From NCBI RefSeq assembly GCF_009914755.1, contig NC_060932.1: 64,000 bases of DNA, one strand, 5' to 3'. The notes below the pieces were generated by a model that was not told the DNA's origin, did no database searches, and was given only the letters and a program-made list of their open reading frames with translations. The position numbers were made by a program, and so were the translations under genes. Origin of the DNA: the human T2T-CHM13v2.0 reference genome, Homo sapiens. Of the stretch, positions 19,017-37,252 are shown in pieces (the stretch's first letter is position 1; every line of letters starts with the position of its first letter).

Positions 19017-20936
19017 TAGATTGCTGCTCTTTTAAAGATGTAGCAGAAGTGTTCTACCCATATTTAAATATCTATAAAGATCTTTGTACCCTTTTTCTAA
19101 AGTGGAATTTTATCTATGGTATGTATTTTAGTTAAAATGAAATGAAACTTATGTATTCTCTAGGTCTTCAGTTAACCAGTCTGGTAGATGAAGCTTTAGT
19201 TTGACTAACTGCTTTCTTTTGGAGAGCATACAGTGTTAAAGTCTGGAATGGATGAGATCGCATAGACTAGTACGAAGAATGGAACTTGGCATTTAATGGA
19301 GGATGGACAGACAAAGATGAGCTCATGAAAAATACTGAGGAGAAGCCAGAGAGACTGGAGGAGAAGCAGGAGAATGTAGGATCCTGAAACCTGAGGGGAA
19401 GGAGTATCAAGGAGACAGGATCATGTAAGGTGAATACCGGAAAATGTCAGTTGGATGAGGTCATTGGTGACCTCAGCTAGAGCTTTTTAAGTGGAATGAT
19501 TGCCGATTAACTTTGGAATGAGGATTGACTAGGAGGCAAGATGTTGGAGACAATAGGCATAAGACTTTTAGAAGACCCTTGGCTGGGAAAGGGAAGGGAA
19601 GGAGAGGGATCAGGAGCTGGAAGAGTCCTTAGAATGTGAACGTGAGGAGCTATGCAGGAGAAAGAGGTTCAGGCTCTAGGAGAGGGAGAGTGATTGTTGA
19701 AGTGAAATCTAGGGGATTTGAGGGAAGAGTTAGGAGAAGCTTTGATGTAGCCACTTAGGGCTAATGGAAGAGAAAGTTTAGTAAGGAAACGAGATTTCCA
19801 GGGTACATGAGGCCTGGGAGATGGAGAATGTGTGGAGGAACCAAATGTGTGTTGTGTAATTTTCCTTTAGGCATATTCAGCAGAGCAGGTGTTGGAGCAG
19901 AAGGGGCAGATTATGGGATGTGTGGTCGTATGACGTAGGCCAGAAAACTGGAATTTAGGCTTTTTATCCTTTTGAAAATACTATCTGTTTATTATAGCAA
20001 ATTTTCAAAATACAGAAAGATAGTAAGAAGGAAAAATCACTTTAGTCAAACTACCTATATGTAAGTACCATTATCATTTTGGATGTTTTCTAGTCTTTCT
20101 GAGCATAATTAAAAGAAAAAAAAAGATAAATTGTGTTATTTATTTAATTTTCTCTATTGTTTTTCACCTAGATTTACACGTATTATCAATTACGTATACT
20201 GTTATTTTTTATGCTATCAAATATTGATTACTTACTATCTGCCAGGCATTGTGTTAACCCAGTGGGTCTCATGAGGAGTTTGGTCTGAAGTCAAAACTGT
20301 TTGTATTATAAACTAAGACATTATTTGTCTTTTTCATTCTCATTCTCTCATGTGTATATAGATTGGCCAGAGACTACATGACATGTAATGATTTCATCTC
20401 TTTGAAGCTAGCAAAATGTGTCCTTGTGTATTCTTGTGTTTTAGGAATCTCTTAGTTTTAATTTCTAATATGGCGTGTGTGTGTGTGACATACATAAGTA
20501 AAGCTCTTTGGGGTCCTCAATTTTTAAGAGTGTAAAAAAGATCTTGAGACCAAAAAGGTTTAAGCCATAGAATTGGGCTGTTCATTTCCCTGTGTTACTA
20601 CATCTTGCCCTCATTCACCCATGACTTGGTGGTTGGTATTGTTTTTTTAATGAGTTTGGAAGCAGTGAAGCCAGGGACCAATCCAAGTTTATGTGTCCAG
20701 AAACTTCTGTTAACTTCTGAAAATGGCTGTTAACCATTTTCACTATTTTGTTCTTTTGATAATTTCTGATCATAAAGCTTTATACATATTTAGGACCATA
20801 AAACTACATATATATTTAGGATCATTTCTTTATATTCCAGCAGTGTAATTAGTGAGTCAAAGGGAATAATATTTTCAAGGCTTTTTATATGTATGAACTG
20901 TATGTTTCTTCTCAAGATTAAAAAATTTTTATTCTT

Positions 20937-21270
<334 letters not shown>

Positions 21271-21726
21271 CTACATTTATCTTGCTTTCTGCATGATATT
21301 TGTAAGGACTAAAATATTAATTGGCCAGTAACATTATTTTTTCACGTTTCCAGTATATTTTAGAGATCAGCCGTGATTACAGTGTCTCATGGCTGCCTTA
21401 GTCATAGCCATGTGACCATCTGCTTGGATATACCTGCACGTAGTCTGTGTTCTGGGTGGCATCCTGGCAGGGCTAGGACAGGTAGAGATGGACAATGCAA
21501 CATCCACTGCTTGTTCTGGGGTATTCCTTATGTTGGTAAGTTTGTGAAAAGACACTTATTAAAGAATATTAATTTCATATTCTTTAGTTTTGTGGCTATT
21601 TTACTGTCCTTTGACTTTAGTGATGTTTCACTATTTCTATCATTTCCTTGATTTTGAAATTAGGTTACTCATGTTACTTACAGTGAAGTTTTACAAAATC
21701 CCATTTGAAAACAACATTTAACTTAG

Positions 21727-21900
<174 letters not shown>

Positions 21901-23245
21901 TAATCATTGCTGTGTCAAATAGTATCAGCACGCTGTTTTTCCGTAGGCTTTCTGCATCTCTTCTATTGATTTCATTCCCAGGCATCCTCCTTTCACTGGC
22001 AGCCCCATGCTCACAGGGTCCGTTTGGTCTGTAGTACCAGAAAAGAACAAGTATGAGAGAGAGCTCTGAGTGGCTCCACTAGGGTGGTGTATTCATGCAT
22101 GAGAGGGGCCCAGTCATTCACTGTAGCCAGGAGGACTGAATACTTTGACCAGGCCAGGTGACGTCTGCATCAGGAACTAGGAACCAAAGGAAGGAGTGTC
22201 AGGCAGACATATCAGTGCCCTGTCATGATGTGTCGGGCATTTGCCTACTGTGCCATGTCAGGCATTTGTCTACTGTGGTGTGAGTGTGTTTAAGTTTTGA
22301 TGTGGCGTAAAATCTGTAAAGCATCAGACTGGACTATGAATATGTTTTCGTATAATCAACTAACTGAAAGATACTTAGTGGTTACTAGGAGTGCAGGTAC
22401 TGGCCTATATCCAGGGGATATGGTGATGAGTGACATATGCTGCTGCTCTTGAGGAGGTTATATTTTGTTGGAGAAGTGTGATGCTAAAGAAGTACAACTG
22501 TGATGAATATCGCACAGAAGAAATCTAGGATGCTGTTGGGTTGGGGTGGGTGGGCACCTAGAAGCAGAGTGGGGCTAGTTGTCTCAGAGAGCACTGATGG
22601 GCCCTGACGATAGCCAGGTGTACTGCATGGCCTTCCCATCTGTATTTCACCAGCCTTCAGGCCATCGAGGTTAACCATGGAAAATGAGTAATGAAAACCC
22701 AACAATCAGATAACAAGAGTGGAAGGGATGCTCCTGCTAGTTATTTTTAAGAAAAGTTAAGACCCTATCTTGGGAGGCTGGTCTGGCTTGCAGAATCTGA
22801 GGAAGATTTTTTGACTTCATGAGATAGCATCACAGGAGTAAGTGATGCAGCAGTTTAGGCCCAGATCATAGGTCAAGACTTCAATAAACATTTGTATAGG
22901 GATTGTCGTCCCTTCATCTGGTACAGAATTTTTAATAACAGCCTCATAGCCCTGTGACAGAATAAGCCTAATTCTAGGATAAGCAGTAGGTATATCATCT
23001 GGAGAGAGGAGAGAAGCAAGTGCATTCTTCAACCTTTGTACCCAGTCTGGTGGCATTTTTCTTTAGTCTCAAAATGAAGATCTGATCTTGTGGGATTTTG
23101 GCAGCTTAGACTGATTAGCCCACAAGTAGTCCCCATGTGGATACAGGTACATTTTAGCACTGAAGGTATCTATCTCCCACAGCAGCCACTCCCCAACTTC
23201 CAGTAGACACTATGAAGACCTAATTCATAGGAATATGACCTCACT

Positions 23246-23559
<314 letters not shown>

Positions 23560-24135
23560 TCACTATAAACAATCACAAACATGTCTATTAAAATATCTGA
23601 GAAGGAATACAGGCTATCATTCGCAGCTTGTTTATTTTCAAAGGCAGTATCTAAAAAGGGCAAAATGTACTATTCACAGGAACACATAGGAAGGCTGGTC
23701 ATATTGGAGAGGCTTTGGGATACCTGATCCAAGATCTTTGCCTCTGGAACTAAGTGCCTGGAATTGAGCTTATTTCAGTTCCATGTGAGGGAGCCCCTGT
23801 TTAACTCCATGCAACAACTTTCTACAGATTGTAGAAATCTGACAAGATGGTGAAGGATCCTGCATTGATCATTTTCTTTTTCTGTTGGCATTAGTTTTAC
23901 ATTTGCAATGATTTTACTTGTTATGTTCATTCATGTGAATGGGAGAATTTTATGCAGCTAGAATGGATGCAGGGCTATGTTTTTTAATAAGTGATATCTT
24001 TAAAATACTCTGAAGTGTGATAGTTGAAAAGTAATTTCCAGTAGAGAGCTAGTCAAAAAAGATATTCTAAAATTTAATTTATATAGTAAGCATTTTCTGA
24101 CCTTTTAATTTGCTTTTGTTCTCCATTGACTACAG

Positions 24136-24182
24136 TTGACTTAGATGCCATCCCAAGTGCTAAAGTACGAGAGCAAAGAATG
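24136..24182 (+). CDS. CSPP1: CSPP1 small coding exon (VDLDAIPSAKVREQRM)
   Basis: ctacAG / ATG|GTAAGC, 47 bp, phase 1-0. Confidence 0.88.
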
Positions 24183-24354
24183 GTAAGCAACCAGTTACAA
24201 TTTTTCAAGTTAGTTTTTGGGGGATTAAAAATCTTTAGGCATATGATGATCAAGTAATTCAAATTTTGAATTATTCAGGAATATTGAATTAAGAACGTAA
24301 GTCTTATCAGTAAAGTGGATAGCTTGAGAAGTGTTAGTGTAATATATATAGAAA

Positions 24355-24570
24355 ACATATTGTAATGGCTAAGAACAAGATTCTAGCACTAGGCTGTTCC
24401 AGTGAGTCTATTTTTAGCTGCGTGACTTAGGGCAAGTTATTTAATCTCTTTATGCCTCAGCTTCCTAATCTGTAAAATGAGGATAATAGTACATAAATTA
24501 ATATTTGCAAGGTACTTAGAGACAGGCCTGGCATATAAGTTTTATGTAAGTGTTTATTAAATAAATAAAA
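24355..24570 (+). mobile_element. MIR element
   Basis: Core GCTGCGTGACTTAGGGCAAGTTATTTAATCTCTTTATGCCTCAGCTTCCTAATCTGTAAAATGAGGATAATAGTAC. Confidence 0.8.
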
Positions 24571-24829
24571 ATAGCTCAAGTGCTGTTGTGAGAACTGAGA
24601 TAATATATTAAAAGCCCTTACAGCAGTCCTGGCCCATTATGAGTGCAGTGTGAGTGTTTGCTGTCATTACCATGAGCAGTAGTGGGAGTAGGAGTCTGTT
24701 ATGGAAGTAGTGTTGAGGTCTACAAAGAAAATAAGCAAAGGAAGGGAACAGAGAATGATAACACCCACCTGTATCCTGAGGGGGGTACTTTTTGTGCAAG
24801 ACTGAATAAAGGGACAGGATGAGCTCTTT

Positions 24830-25450
24830 TCAATCAACAAATATTTATTATTTCCTATGGACAAGAAACTGTTCTAGGTGCCGGGGTATAGGAGTAAACA
24901 AAAGGGACAAAAATCCCTGTCCTGTGACAGGTTACATTCCAGAAGGAGGGAGAGACAGTAATCAAATAAATCAATAGTTTTTTGAATCATGGTGCTGTGG
25001 AGAAGACAACAGCAGAGAAGGCAGCTGGAGGATCCTGGGTGGGAGGGTTTATAGTTGGAAATACAGTGGGCATGGGGGCTCACTGGGTAGGCAACATTTG
25101 AGTAAGGACATCAGGGAGGTGTCTATGGGAAATGTGGGGGAACTTCTGGAGGAAGAACATTCCAGGAAGAGGCCCCAGTGGAAGTTGGCCTAGTGCATGT
25201 AAGGAGCAGTGGGAGAGCCATGAGCAAGGGCCAGTTGGGCACATGGGGCAGGGGGTGACGAGGGGAGGCAGCAGGGCCTTGGGGGCCATTCTGGGACTTT
25301 GCCTTTGACACTTGTGCATGTGATGGGAAGCTGCCAAGGTCTTTAAGTGGAGGAGTGACATGATCTGCTTGAGGTTTTTACTTGATCCACTGACTGCTGT
25401 GCATTTTGACTGAGTGGGACAGGAGGCTATTGTAGTAATTTAGGCAAGAG
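24830..25450. mobile_element. L2 3' fragment
   Basis: TCAATCAACAAATATTTATT 3' end motif followed by typical L2 body (GAGTGACATGATCTG). Confidence 0.65.
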
Positions 25451-26318
25451 ACAAGCTCACTTTCTGATTAAAGAATGCAGTGCATCATTGTAATTCATTG
25501 CCTTAAAAATTAATGGACAGCTCTTTGCTGGAGTGTCCTACTGAAGCCCAGATTATCTGGTAAGAAGGTGCAGGGAGGTGGAGTTGGATGACTTTAGGTT
25601 CCTTCTGACATGTTGGTTATTATTCTGTACTGCAAAATTCTCTATATGTAAATTTAAGTTTTCTCTAATTTGGGAGCTCATTATAATAAGCCCAATCTTA
25701 GCATTTTTTTTCGTTACTATACTATATGCTCCACTATATCTGTGCTGCATCATTGTGGCAATTGCTGTCACATAGGGCTGTCATAATCTGAGAGTATACC
25801 CCTCTCTCTCCCATGACACTGTGATCTACTCCAGAGCAGAAACTCTTAATTCATCTTTGTATCCCCAGTTCCTAGCATGAAAGAAATAGTAAGTGGGCTA
25901 TACAGGTTTATGGAAATTCGGATGAATGAATCTTGGCAGTGGCTTAAAGACTTAATGTTTAATTGGGGTCTTTGCTTCATACTGTATTATATTTTCCATC
26001 AGTCATAATGTGATCCTTTTATTTGACTTCAACCATAAAGGGGCAGGAAGGAGTGGAGCTAGGGAGTAAATGTGTTAGCTTGTAGAATCTGTAGCCTGGA
26101 GAGAGACTGTCTTCTGTTGCTATCACCGTCTTCGTAGGAATTGTGTGTGTTAAGGCTTTCCAGTATTTTCTGAGCATTGGAATGTAGTCAGTCCTACCTC
26201 TACCCATCCTCTGCTTTTAGGGAGAACAGTGTGGAAACTTGTGCCTCTTCTTAGTATAAATTTGTTGTTTTTGTACACAAAACTAATAAAAATAGTCATT
26301 GAAACATGTTTCTTTTAG

Positions 26319-26423
<105 letters not shown>

Positions 26424-26584
26424 TAAACCTTTCTCCACACTTAAAAACCAGTACTGTATTCCTTGTTGTACAAGGTAGTAAAAAAAAAAAAAGGAATATT
26501 CTTTTTTCTGTTTTAATCAGATATGCCTTGGAAAGTTTTCAAAATCAGAATTACTGAAATGAACTTTAAAAGTCTTAGGAATAG

Positions 26585-27200
26585 TTGACAAACCTGTACA
26601 TGAATGTTCGTAACAGCCTCATTTCTAATGCCAAATGCTGGAATCAGCCCAGATGTCCTTCAGTAGATGAATGGTTAAAAAAACTCTGGTACATCCATGC
26701 CATGGAATACCACTTAGCAATAAAAAGGAACAAAGTTTTGAAACTTGGATGACTCTTCAGGGAAATAGTCTGAGCAAAAAAGACAATCCCAATAAGTTAC
26801 ATACTACTGTATGATTCAATTTACATAACATTTTTGAAATTACAAAATTAAGAAATTGAGAACAGATTAGTGGTTGCCAGGGGTTGAGGGATAGGGAGAG
26901 GTGTATATGGTTATAAAAGGGCAAGAAGAGGGATCCTTGTGGTTTGGGAACTGTTTTAACAACTTGTTTGCAGGGGTAGATACATACATGTAAATGGGAA
27001 ATAAAATAATAATAATAGATCTTAATACACACATAAAAACACACAAATGAGTATTGGTAAGATGGTAAATTTGAATAAGATCTGTGGATTGTATCAGTAT
27101 CGATATCCTGGTTGTGAGATTATACTTGAGTTTTGCAAAATGTTACCATTGGGGGAAACTGGACAAAGTGTATAAGGAATCTCTACTATTTCTTATACCT
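26585..27200 (+). mobile_element. Old L1M 3' end fragment
   Basis: CCCAGATGTCCTTCAGTAGATGAATGG, GAACAGATTAGTGGTTGCCAGGGG and AAATGTTACCATTGGGGGAAACTGG motifs. Confidence 0.7.
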
Positions 27201-27412
27201 GTGTACCTTAATTATTTTAATCTATTTATAGTTCTCTTAATATTTCAGTCAAAAAAGTCATAAGACTTTTATTTAGTCTTCAGAAGATAAGTAAAGGTAC
27301 CATGGGATCTTCTTTTTTTTTTAAAGTAGTATACACTTACGATTATGTACTCTGATCATGAGTGTTTCTGCTATCCTAGGGCCATCAGGGAATGATCTAG
27401 TCTACATATTAG

Positions 27413-28036
<624 letters not shown>

Positions 28037-28117
28037 TAAGTAAGTCATGGCTGTGTTAACCACTGCTCTAAGGAATGTAAAGCTGATGGTTTCAGTGCAT
28101 TATTTTAAAAAATAGGG

Positions 28118-29582
28118 TTTTTAAAATTGTAAAATACACATAAACATAACATTTACCATTTTAACCATTTTAAAGTGTACATTGACTGGCATTAAGTATT
28201 TCTATTGTGCAACCACCACTATCATCCATCTCCAGAATTCATCTTGAAAATAGAAACTCTTCATATGAAACAGTAATTCCCCATTGCCCTCTCCCTCCAG
28301 CCCCTGGCAGCCAACATTGTACTTTCCATCTCCATAAATTTGACTACTCTAGGACCTCATGTAAGTGGAATCATACAGTATCTATCCTTTGATGACTGGC
28401 TTATTTCACTTCACATAACATCTTTGAGGTTTATCCATGTTATAGCATGTGTCAGATTTTCTTTTTTTACCCCTTAGAGACAGGGTCACCCTTGCCACCC
28501 AGGCTGGAGTGCAGTGGTGTGATCATGGCTCACTGCAGCCTTGACCTCCCTGTGCTCAGATGATTCTCCTACCTCAGCCTCCCAAGTAGCTGAGACTACA
28601 GGCACACACTACCATGCCTGAATAATTTTTGTATTTTTTGTAGAGACAGGGTTTCACCATGCTGCCCAGGTTGGTCGCGAACTCTTGAGCTTAAGTGATC
28701 CTCCTGCGGCCTCCCAAAGTGCCAAAGTGCTGAGATTACAGGTGTGAGCTACCACACCCAGCCAGATTTCCCCTTTTTTTTTTTATGCTGTGAATAATAT
28801 TCCATTGTATGTGTGTACCACGTTTTGTTTATCCAATCATCTGTCAGTAGACACTTGAGTTGCTTCCACCTTTTGGCTGTTGTGAATAATGCTCCTATGA
28901 ATAGGTGTACAATTATCTGTTGGAGTCACTGCTTTCAGTTCTTTTGGGTATACACTAAGAGATAGCATTTGCTAGATCATATAGTAATTCTATTTTTAAT
29001 TATTTGAAGACTCACCACATTGTTTTCCACAGCAGCTGTACCATTTTACATTCCTACCAGCAGTGCACAAAAGTTCCGATTTCTCTACATCCTTAACACT
29101 TGTTACTTTGTTTTTTGAATAGTAGCAATCCTTACGGGTGTGACGTGGCATCTCATTGTGGTTTTGACTTACATTTCTGTAATAATTAGTGATGTTGGAC
29201 ATCTTTACATGTGCTTATTGACTAATTGTACATCATTTTTGAAGAAATACCTATTTAAGACCTTTGCTAATTTTTAAAATCAGAGTTTTTTTGTTATTGA
29301 GTTGTGGGAGTTCTTTATTATCTATTCTGGATATTACCCCTTATCAGATACATGATTTGCAAATGTTTTCTGCATAGTGGGTTGCCTTTTCACTGTGTTG
29401 ATTGTGTCCTTTGATACATAGGAGCTTTTAATTTTGATACAGTCCAATTTATCTTTTCTTTTGTTGCCTGTGCTTTTGGTGTCACATCTAAGACATCGTT
29501 GCCAAATCCAATACCATGAAGCTTTCCTCATATGCTTGCTTCTAAGAGTTTTATCTATAGGTTTAGCTCTTAATGTTTAGAT
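28118..29582 (-). mobile_element. Old L1 (L1M-type) 3' portion, interrupted by an Alu at 28476-28763
   Basis: L1M 3'UTR and ORF2-end motifs in reverse orientation; ORF track shows L1-like peptides at 28996 and 29334. Confidence 0.8.
28476..28763 (-). mobile_element. Alu (J-like) inside L1
   Basis: Alu consensus in reverse, flanked by CAGATTT(T/C)C. Confidence 0.9.
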
Positions 29583-30288
29583 GCCTAACCACAGAGTGTC
29601 AAAATACATGTCAGAAAGCAAAAGAATGGCAAGGAGAAATAGATGAATCCACTGTTACAGTTGGAGATTTTTAACACCTCTCTATCAGAAATGGACAGAG
29701 ACAGAAAATCAGTAAGGACGTAGTTGAGTTCAGCAACACCATCAACCAACTGGATATAATGGATGTCGAAAGACAACTTCATTAACAACAGCAGAACCCA
29801 TATTCTTCTCAGGGTCACATGGAACATTCACCAGGACAGATTACAATCTGGGCAAGAAAACAAACCTTAACAGATGTAAAAGAAGATAAATCACACAATA
29901 TCTGTCCCCAGACCACAATGGAAATAAACTAGAAATCAATAACAGAAAGATAGCTGGAAAAATCTCCAAATACTTTGGAGATTAAATGCCACATTTCTAA
30001 ATAACGCATAGGTCAGAGAAAAAATATGAAAATACATTTTAAAATACTTTGATCTAAATGAAAATGAAAATACAACTTCTCAATTTGTAGGAGGTAGCAG
30101 AAATAATGCTTGTCTTTCTTTCTACTTTCCTAATGTATGCATTCAGTTAAATGTAAAATGCCAAACTCTAAAACTCACAGAAGATACCAACAGAAAATCT
30201 AGACGACCTTGGATATGGTGATGACTTTTAGATAAAAAACCAAAGCCACAATTTATGAAAGAAATAATTGATAAGCCAGACTATGTAA

Positions 30289-30642
<354 letters not shown>

Positions 30643-30889
30643 TAGGATTGACTGTGCATACATGAAGAAAGTAGAAAGATCTAAAATCAGTATTCTAAGC
30701 TTCCACATAAGAAAATTAGAAAATAATTAAATCCAAAGTAAGCAGAAGAAGAGAAATAAAAATTGGAGCAGAAATCAATGAAATTGAAAACAGGAAATAA
30801 ATAGAGAAAATCAATGAAACCAAGAGTTATTTCTGAGAAGATCAGTAAGCCTCTAGCCAAGCTAATAAAAGAGAAGACACAAATTACTA

Positions 30890-31225
<336 letters not shown>

Positions 31226-31273
31226 AGGTTGGGGGGCATATCACTACAGGTCCCATGAACGTTAAAAACAGTC

Positions 31274-32890
<1,617 letters not shown>

Positions 32891-33416
32891 AGTCCAAGAA
32901 TACCATGAACAACTCTATGCCCACAAATCTGATAACCTAAAGTCTACCACCCATTTATGGTAACTCAGCAAACTTGGAATAGAGGGGGAACTTCTGCAAC
33001 TTGATAAAGAACATCTACAAAAGTCCTACAGCTAACATCATAATGATGAGAAACTAGAAGCTTTCCTGCTAAGATCAGGATGTCCTTTCTCACCACTGAT
33101 TAACATCATACTGGAAGTCCTAGCTTAATATTAGCAGTAAGGCAGAAAAGGAAATAAAAGGTGTGATTGGAAAGGGAGAAATAGAATTGTTTTTCTTCAC
33201 AGATGACATGATTGTCTATAGAAAATCTGAAGGAATCAACTAAAAAATGCCTGGAACTAGTAAGCAGTTATAATCAAGTTGTGGGATACAAGATGAATAT
33301 ATAAAAGTCAGTCACTTTACAATATGCCAGCAATGTACAAGTGAAATTTGAAATTAAAAATTAAAAACACAATACCACTTACATTAGCATTCCCCCAAGG
33401 AATACTGAGGTATAAA

Positions 33417-33426
33417 TCTATCTATC

Positions 33427-33475
<49 letters not shown>

Positions 33476-33488
33476 ATCTATCTATCTA
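33417..33488. repeat. (TCTA)n tetranucleotide STR
   Basis: About 11 perfect TCTA units plus variant flanking units. Confidence 0.95.
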
Positions 33489-33872
33489 GAACTGCCTGAG
33501 GAAAACTACAAAACTGATGAAATTGAAGGACTACTAAATAAATGGAGATATATTTCATGACCATGCACAGGATGACTCAGTATTGTCAAGATGTCAGGTC
33601 TTCTCAACTTGATCTATAGATTCAGTACAATCCCAATAAAAATCCCAGCAAGTTATTATGTGGATAACAACAAACTGATTCTAAAGTTCATTTGGAAAGG
33701 CAAAAGATCCAGAATAGCCAGCACAATGTTTAAAGAGAAGAGTTGGAGGACTCTCACAGCTGACTTCAAGAGTTATGATAAAGTTATAATAAACAAGACA
33801 GTGTGGCATTGGTGAAAGAACAGACAAATAGACCAGTTGAATGGAATATGGAGCCCAGAAATAGACTCATGC

Positions 33873-34152
33873 AGCCTGGGCACAGTGGCTCACACCTGTA
33901 GTTCTGGAACTTTGGGAGGCTACTTGAGGCCAGGAGTTTGAGACCAGCCTGGGCAACAAAACAACACCTTGTCTCTACAAAAAAAATATTTTAAATTAGC
34001 CGATGTGGTGGCACACACCTGAAGTCCTAGCTATTTGGGAGGCTGAGGTGGGAGGATTACTTGAGCCTGGAAGTTCAAGGCTGCCGTGAGCTATGATCAC
34101 GCCACTAAACTCCAGCCTGGGCAACAAAGAAAGACCTTGTCTCAAAAAAAGA
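33873..34152 (+). mobile_element. Alu (J-like) inside L1
   Basis: TSD AGAAATAGACTCA(T/C)GCA. Confidence 0.9.
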
Positions 34153-34732
34153 AAGAAATAGACTCACGCAAATACAGTCAGCTGATCTCTGACAGAGGAC
34201 CAAAGGCAGTACTGACAAAGGACCAAAGGCAGTATTATGATGGAGAAAAGATAGTCTTCTCTACAAATAATGCTGGGACAACAGGACATCTGCATGTGAA
34301 AAAATAAACATAGATCTTACGCCCTTCACAAAAATTAACTCAAAGTCGATCTTACATCTAAATGTAAAATGCTAAATTGTAAAACTCATAGATGATAACA
34401 ACAGAAAATCTAGATGACCTTGGGTATGGTGATGACTTTTAGATACAAAACCAAAGGCACAATTCATAAAAGAAATAATTGATAAGCCGGACTTTGTAAA
34501 AATTTAAAACCTGCTCTGCTCTATAAAAGACACTGTTAATTAAGAGAATGAGAAGACAGGACAGAGACTGTAAGAAATTATTTGCAAAAGACATGTCAGA
34601 TAAAGGACTGTTATCCAAAATACACAAAGAAATCTTAAAACTCAACAATAAGAAAACAAAATACCTGATTAAAAGATTCAGCAAGACTTGCACCACACAT
34701 CACCATACAGATAACAAGACAAAGGATGCTAC

Positions 34733-35502
34733 TGAGAGACAGGACTAGCTGGATTTCAAATCTAGGCCGACTAAGAATTCCTAAGCCTAGCTGGGAAGGT
34801 GACTGCACCCACCTTTAAACACAGGGCTTGTAACTCAGCTCACACCCAACCAATCAGGTAGTAAAGAGGGCTCACTAAAATACAAATTAGGCTAAAGCAG
34901 GAGGTAAAGAAATAGTGAAATCATATATCGCCTGAGAGCACAGGGGGAGGGACAATGATCGGGATATAAACCCCAGGCATTTGAGCTGGGAGTGGCAACC
35001 CGTTTTGGGTCCCCTCCCATTGTATGGGAACTCTATTTTCATTCTATTAAATCTTGGAACTGCATGCTCTTCTGGTCCATGTTTGTTACGGCTCGAGCTG
35101 AGCTTTCGCTTGCTGTCCACCAGTGCTGTTTGCCGCCGTTGCAGACCTGCCACTGACTTCCACCCCTCCGGATCTGGCAGGATGTCCTCTACACTTCTGA
35201 TCCAGCGGGGTGGCACCCACTGCTGCTCCCAATCAGGCTAAAGGCTTGCCATTGTTCCTGCACGGCTAAGTGCCCGGGTTTGTCCTAATCGAGCTGAACA
35301 CTAGTCACTGGGTTCCACGGTTCTCTTCTGTGACCCACGGCTTCTAATAGAGCTTTAACATTCACCGCATGGCCCAAGATTCCATTCCTTGGAATCTGTG
35401 AGGCCAAGAACCCCAGGTCAGAGAACAAGAGGCTTGCCGCCATCTTGGAAGCGGCCCTCCACCATCTTGGGAGTTCTAAGAACAAGGACCCGCCTGGTAA
35501 CA
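34733..35502 (+). mobile_element. Solo LTR17 (HERV-W LTR) inserted into L1
   Basis: Starts TGAGAGACAGGACTAGCTGGATTT, ends GGTAACA; CCAAT 34850, TATAAA 34965, ATTAAA 35046; no PBS or internal sequence follows. Confidence 0.9.
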
Positions 35503-36379
35503 CATTAAAGAATGTAAATTAAAATGAGATACCACCACATACCTGCTAGAATGGCCAGCATTCAAAACACTGACACCAAATGCTGGCAAGGTTATGGAGC
35601 AATAGGAACTCTCATTCATTGCTGGTGGGCATGCAAAATTGTAGTCAATTTTGGAAGACAGTATGGCAGCTTCTTACAAAAATAAGCATATTCTTACCAT
35701 ACAGTTCAGCGTATACACTCCTTGGTATTTGCCTAAGGGAGCTGAAAACTTGTCCATAAAGAAACTGGCACACAGATACTTATAGCACCTTTATTCATAA
35801 TTGCTAAAACTTGGAAGCAGCCAAGATGTCTTTCAGTAGGTGAATGGATAAAGTGTGGTACATCCAGACAATGCAATATTTTTCAGCACTAAAACAAAAT
35901 GAGCTACTAAACCATGAAAAGGCATGGAAGGACCCAAAACTTATTTTAGAATTATAGAAAGCCCCATATCTTATTCAATAAAAGTTATTCCTATTTTTAA
36001 AAACCCATACAGTATACATTTGGAAAATCTGAATATCAATTATATGTTAAACAATGATAGTGTTGTATAAATGTTAAATTTTCTGAATGTTATAATTAGA
36101 TTTTTGCAGTGTAGGAGCCAGTCCTTGTTCTTATGAGGATAAACACTGAAATATTGAGAGACAAAATGCCATGATGTCACCAACTTATTGGTGTAGCAAA
36201 GAGGCTTGGCAATAACATCATCCCCCCAAATATATATAGAAATTGGCAAAGTAACTAATGGTGATTCTAAGTATTTGTATTATTCTAACTTTTCTTTAGG
36301 TATAATTTTTTTCAAAGGAGTTGCGGAGGTTACCGTAGATGTTGTAGGCTATTTGTCCATGTCAAATTAGCTACCGATC

Positions 36380-37010
36380 CACTAGAATGATTATAAGCAA
36401 AAAGACCGACAATACCAAGTGTTGGTGAGGATGTGGGGAAATTGGAACCCTCTTACAATGTAAAATGTAAACAGGTTGGTAGTTCCTCAAAATGCAGAGT
36501 AGAGTTAACCATAATACCCAGCAATTTCATTTCTGGTTCTATAACCCAAAGAAATGAGAAGATATGTCCACACACAAAAACTTGAATGTGAATGTTCATA
36601 GCAGTGTTATTCATAATTGCTAGCAGCTAGCAAATGTCCATCTACTGGTAAATGCATAGACAAAATATGACGTATCCATATGATGGAGTATTATTCAGCA
36701 GTAAAATGTAATAAACAACTTAAACATGGCACAGCATAGATGAATCTCAAACACCTTATTGCTAAGTGAAAAGACAAAAGATTAAGTTGTAGAATTCCAT
36801 TTATGTTTGGTGTTAGGTAAGGTAAATCTGTTGAAACAGAGCCGTGTTTGCCCGGGGCCAGCAGGTGGGGAGTGATTGCCAGTGTGCACAAAGGAGCTGT
36901 TTAAGGTGATGAAAATGTTCTACTTTAAAGTGATGATTGTACAACTCTGTAAATTTACTAAAAAAATCACCGAACTGTGTATGTACATACATTGAGTGTG
37001 TTTCATGGTA
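36380..37010 (+). mobile_element. Old L1M 3' end fragment
   Basis: ACCAAGTGTTGGTGAGGATGTGG...GGTGATGAAAATGTTCT motifs. Confidence 0.65.
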
Positions 37011-37051
37011 TTGTAAGCAAAATCTTAGTAATTAAAAGGCTCTTGGTTTAG

Positions 37052-37252
<201 letters not shown>

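Noticed and set aside
20260-20570. Possible hAT-type DNA transposon fragment
   Set aside because: It resembles a MER/Charlie end, but I cannot assign a family or TSD by eye.
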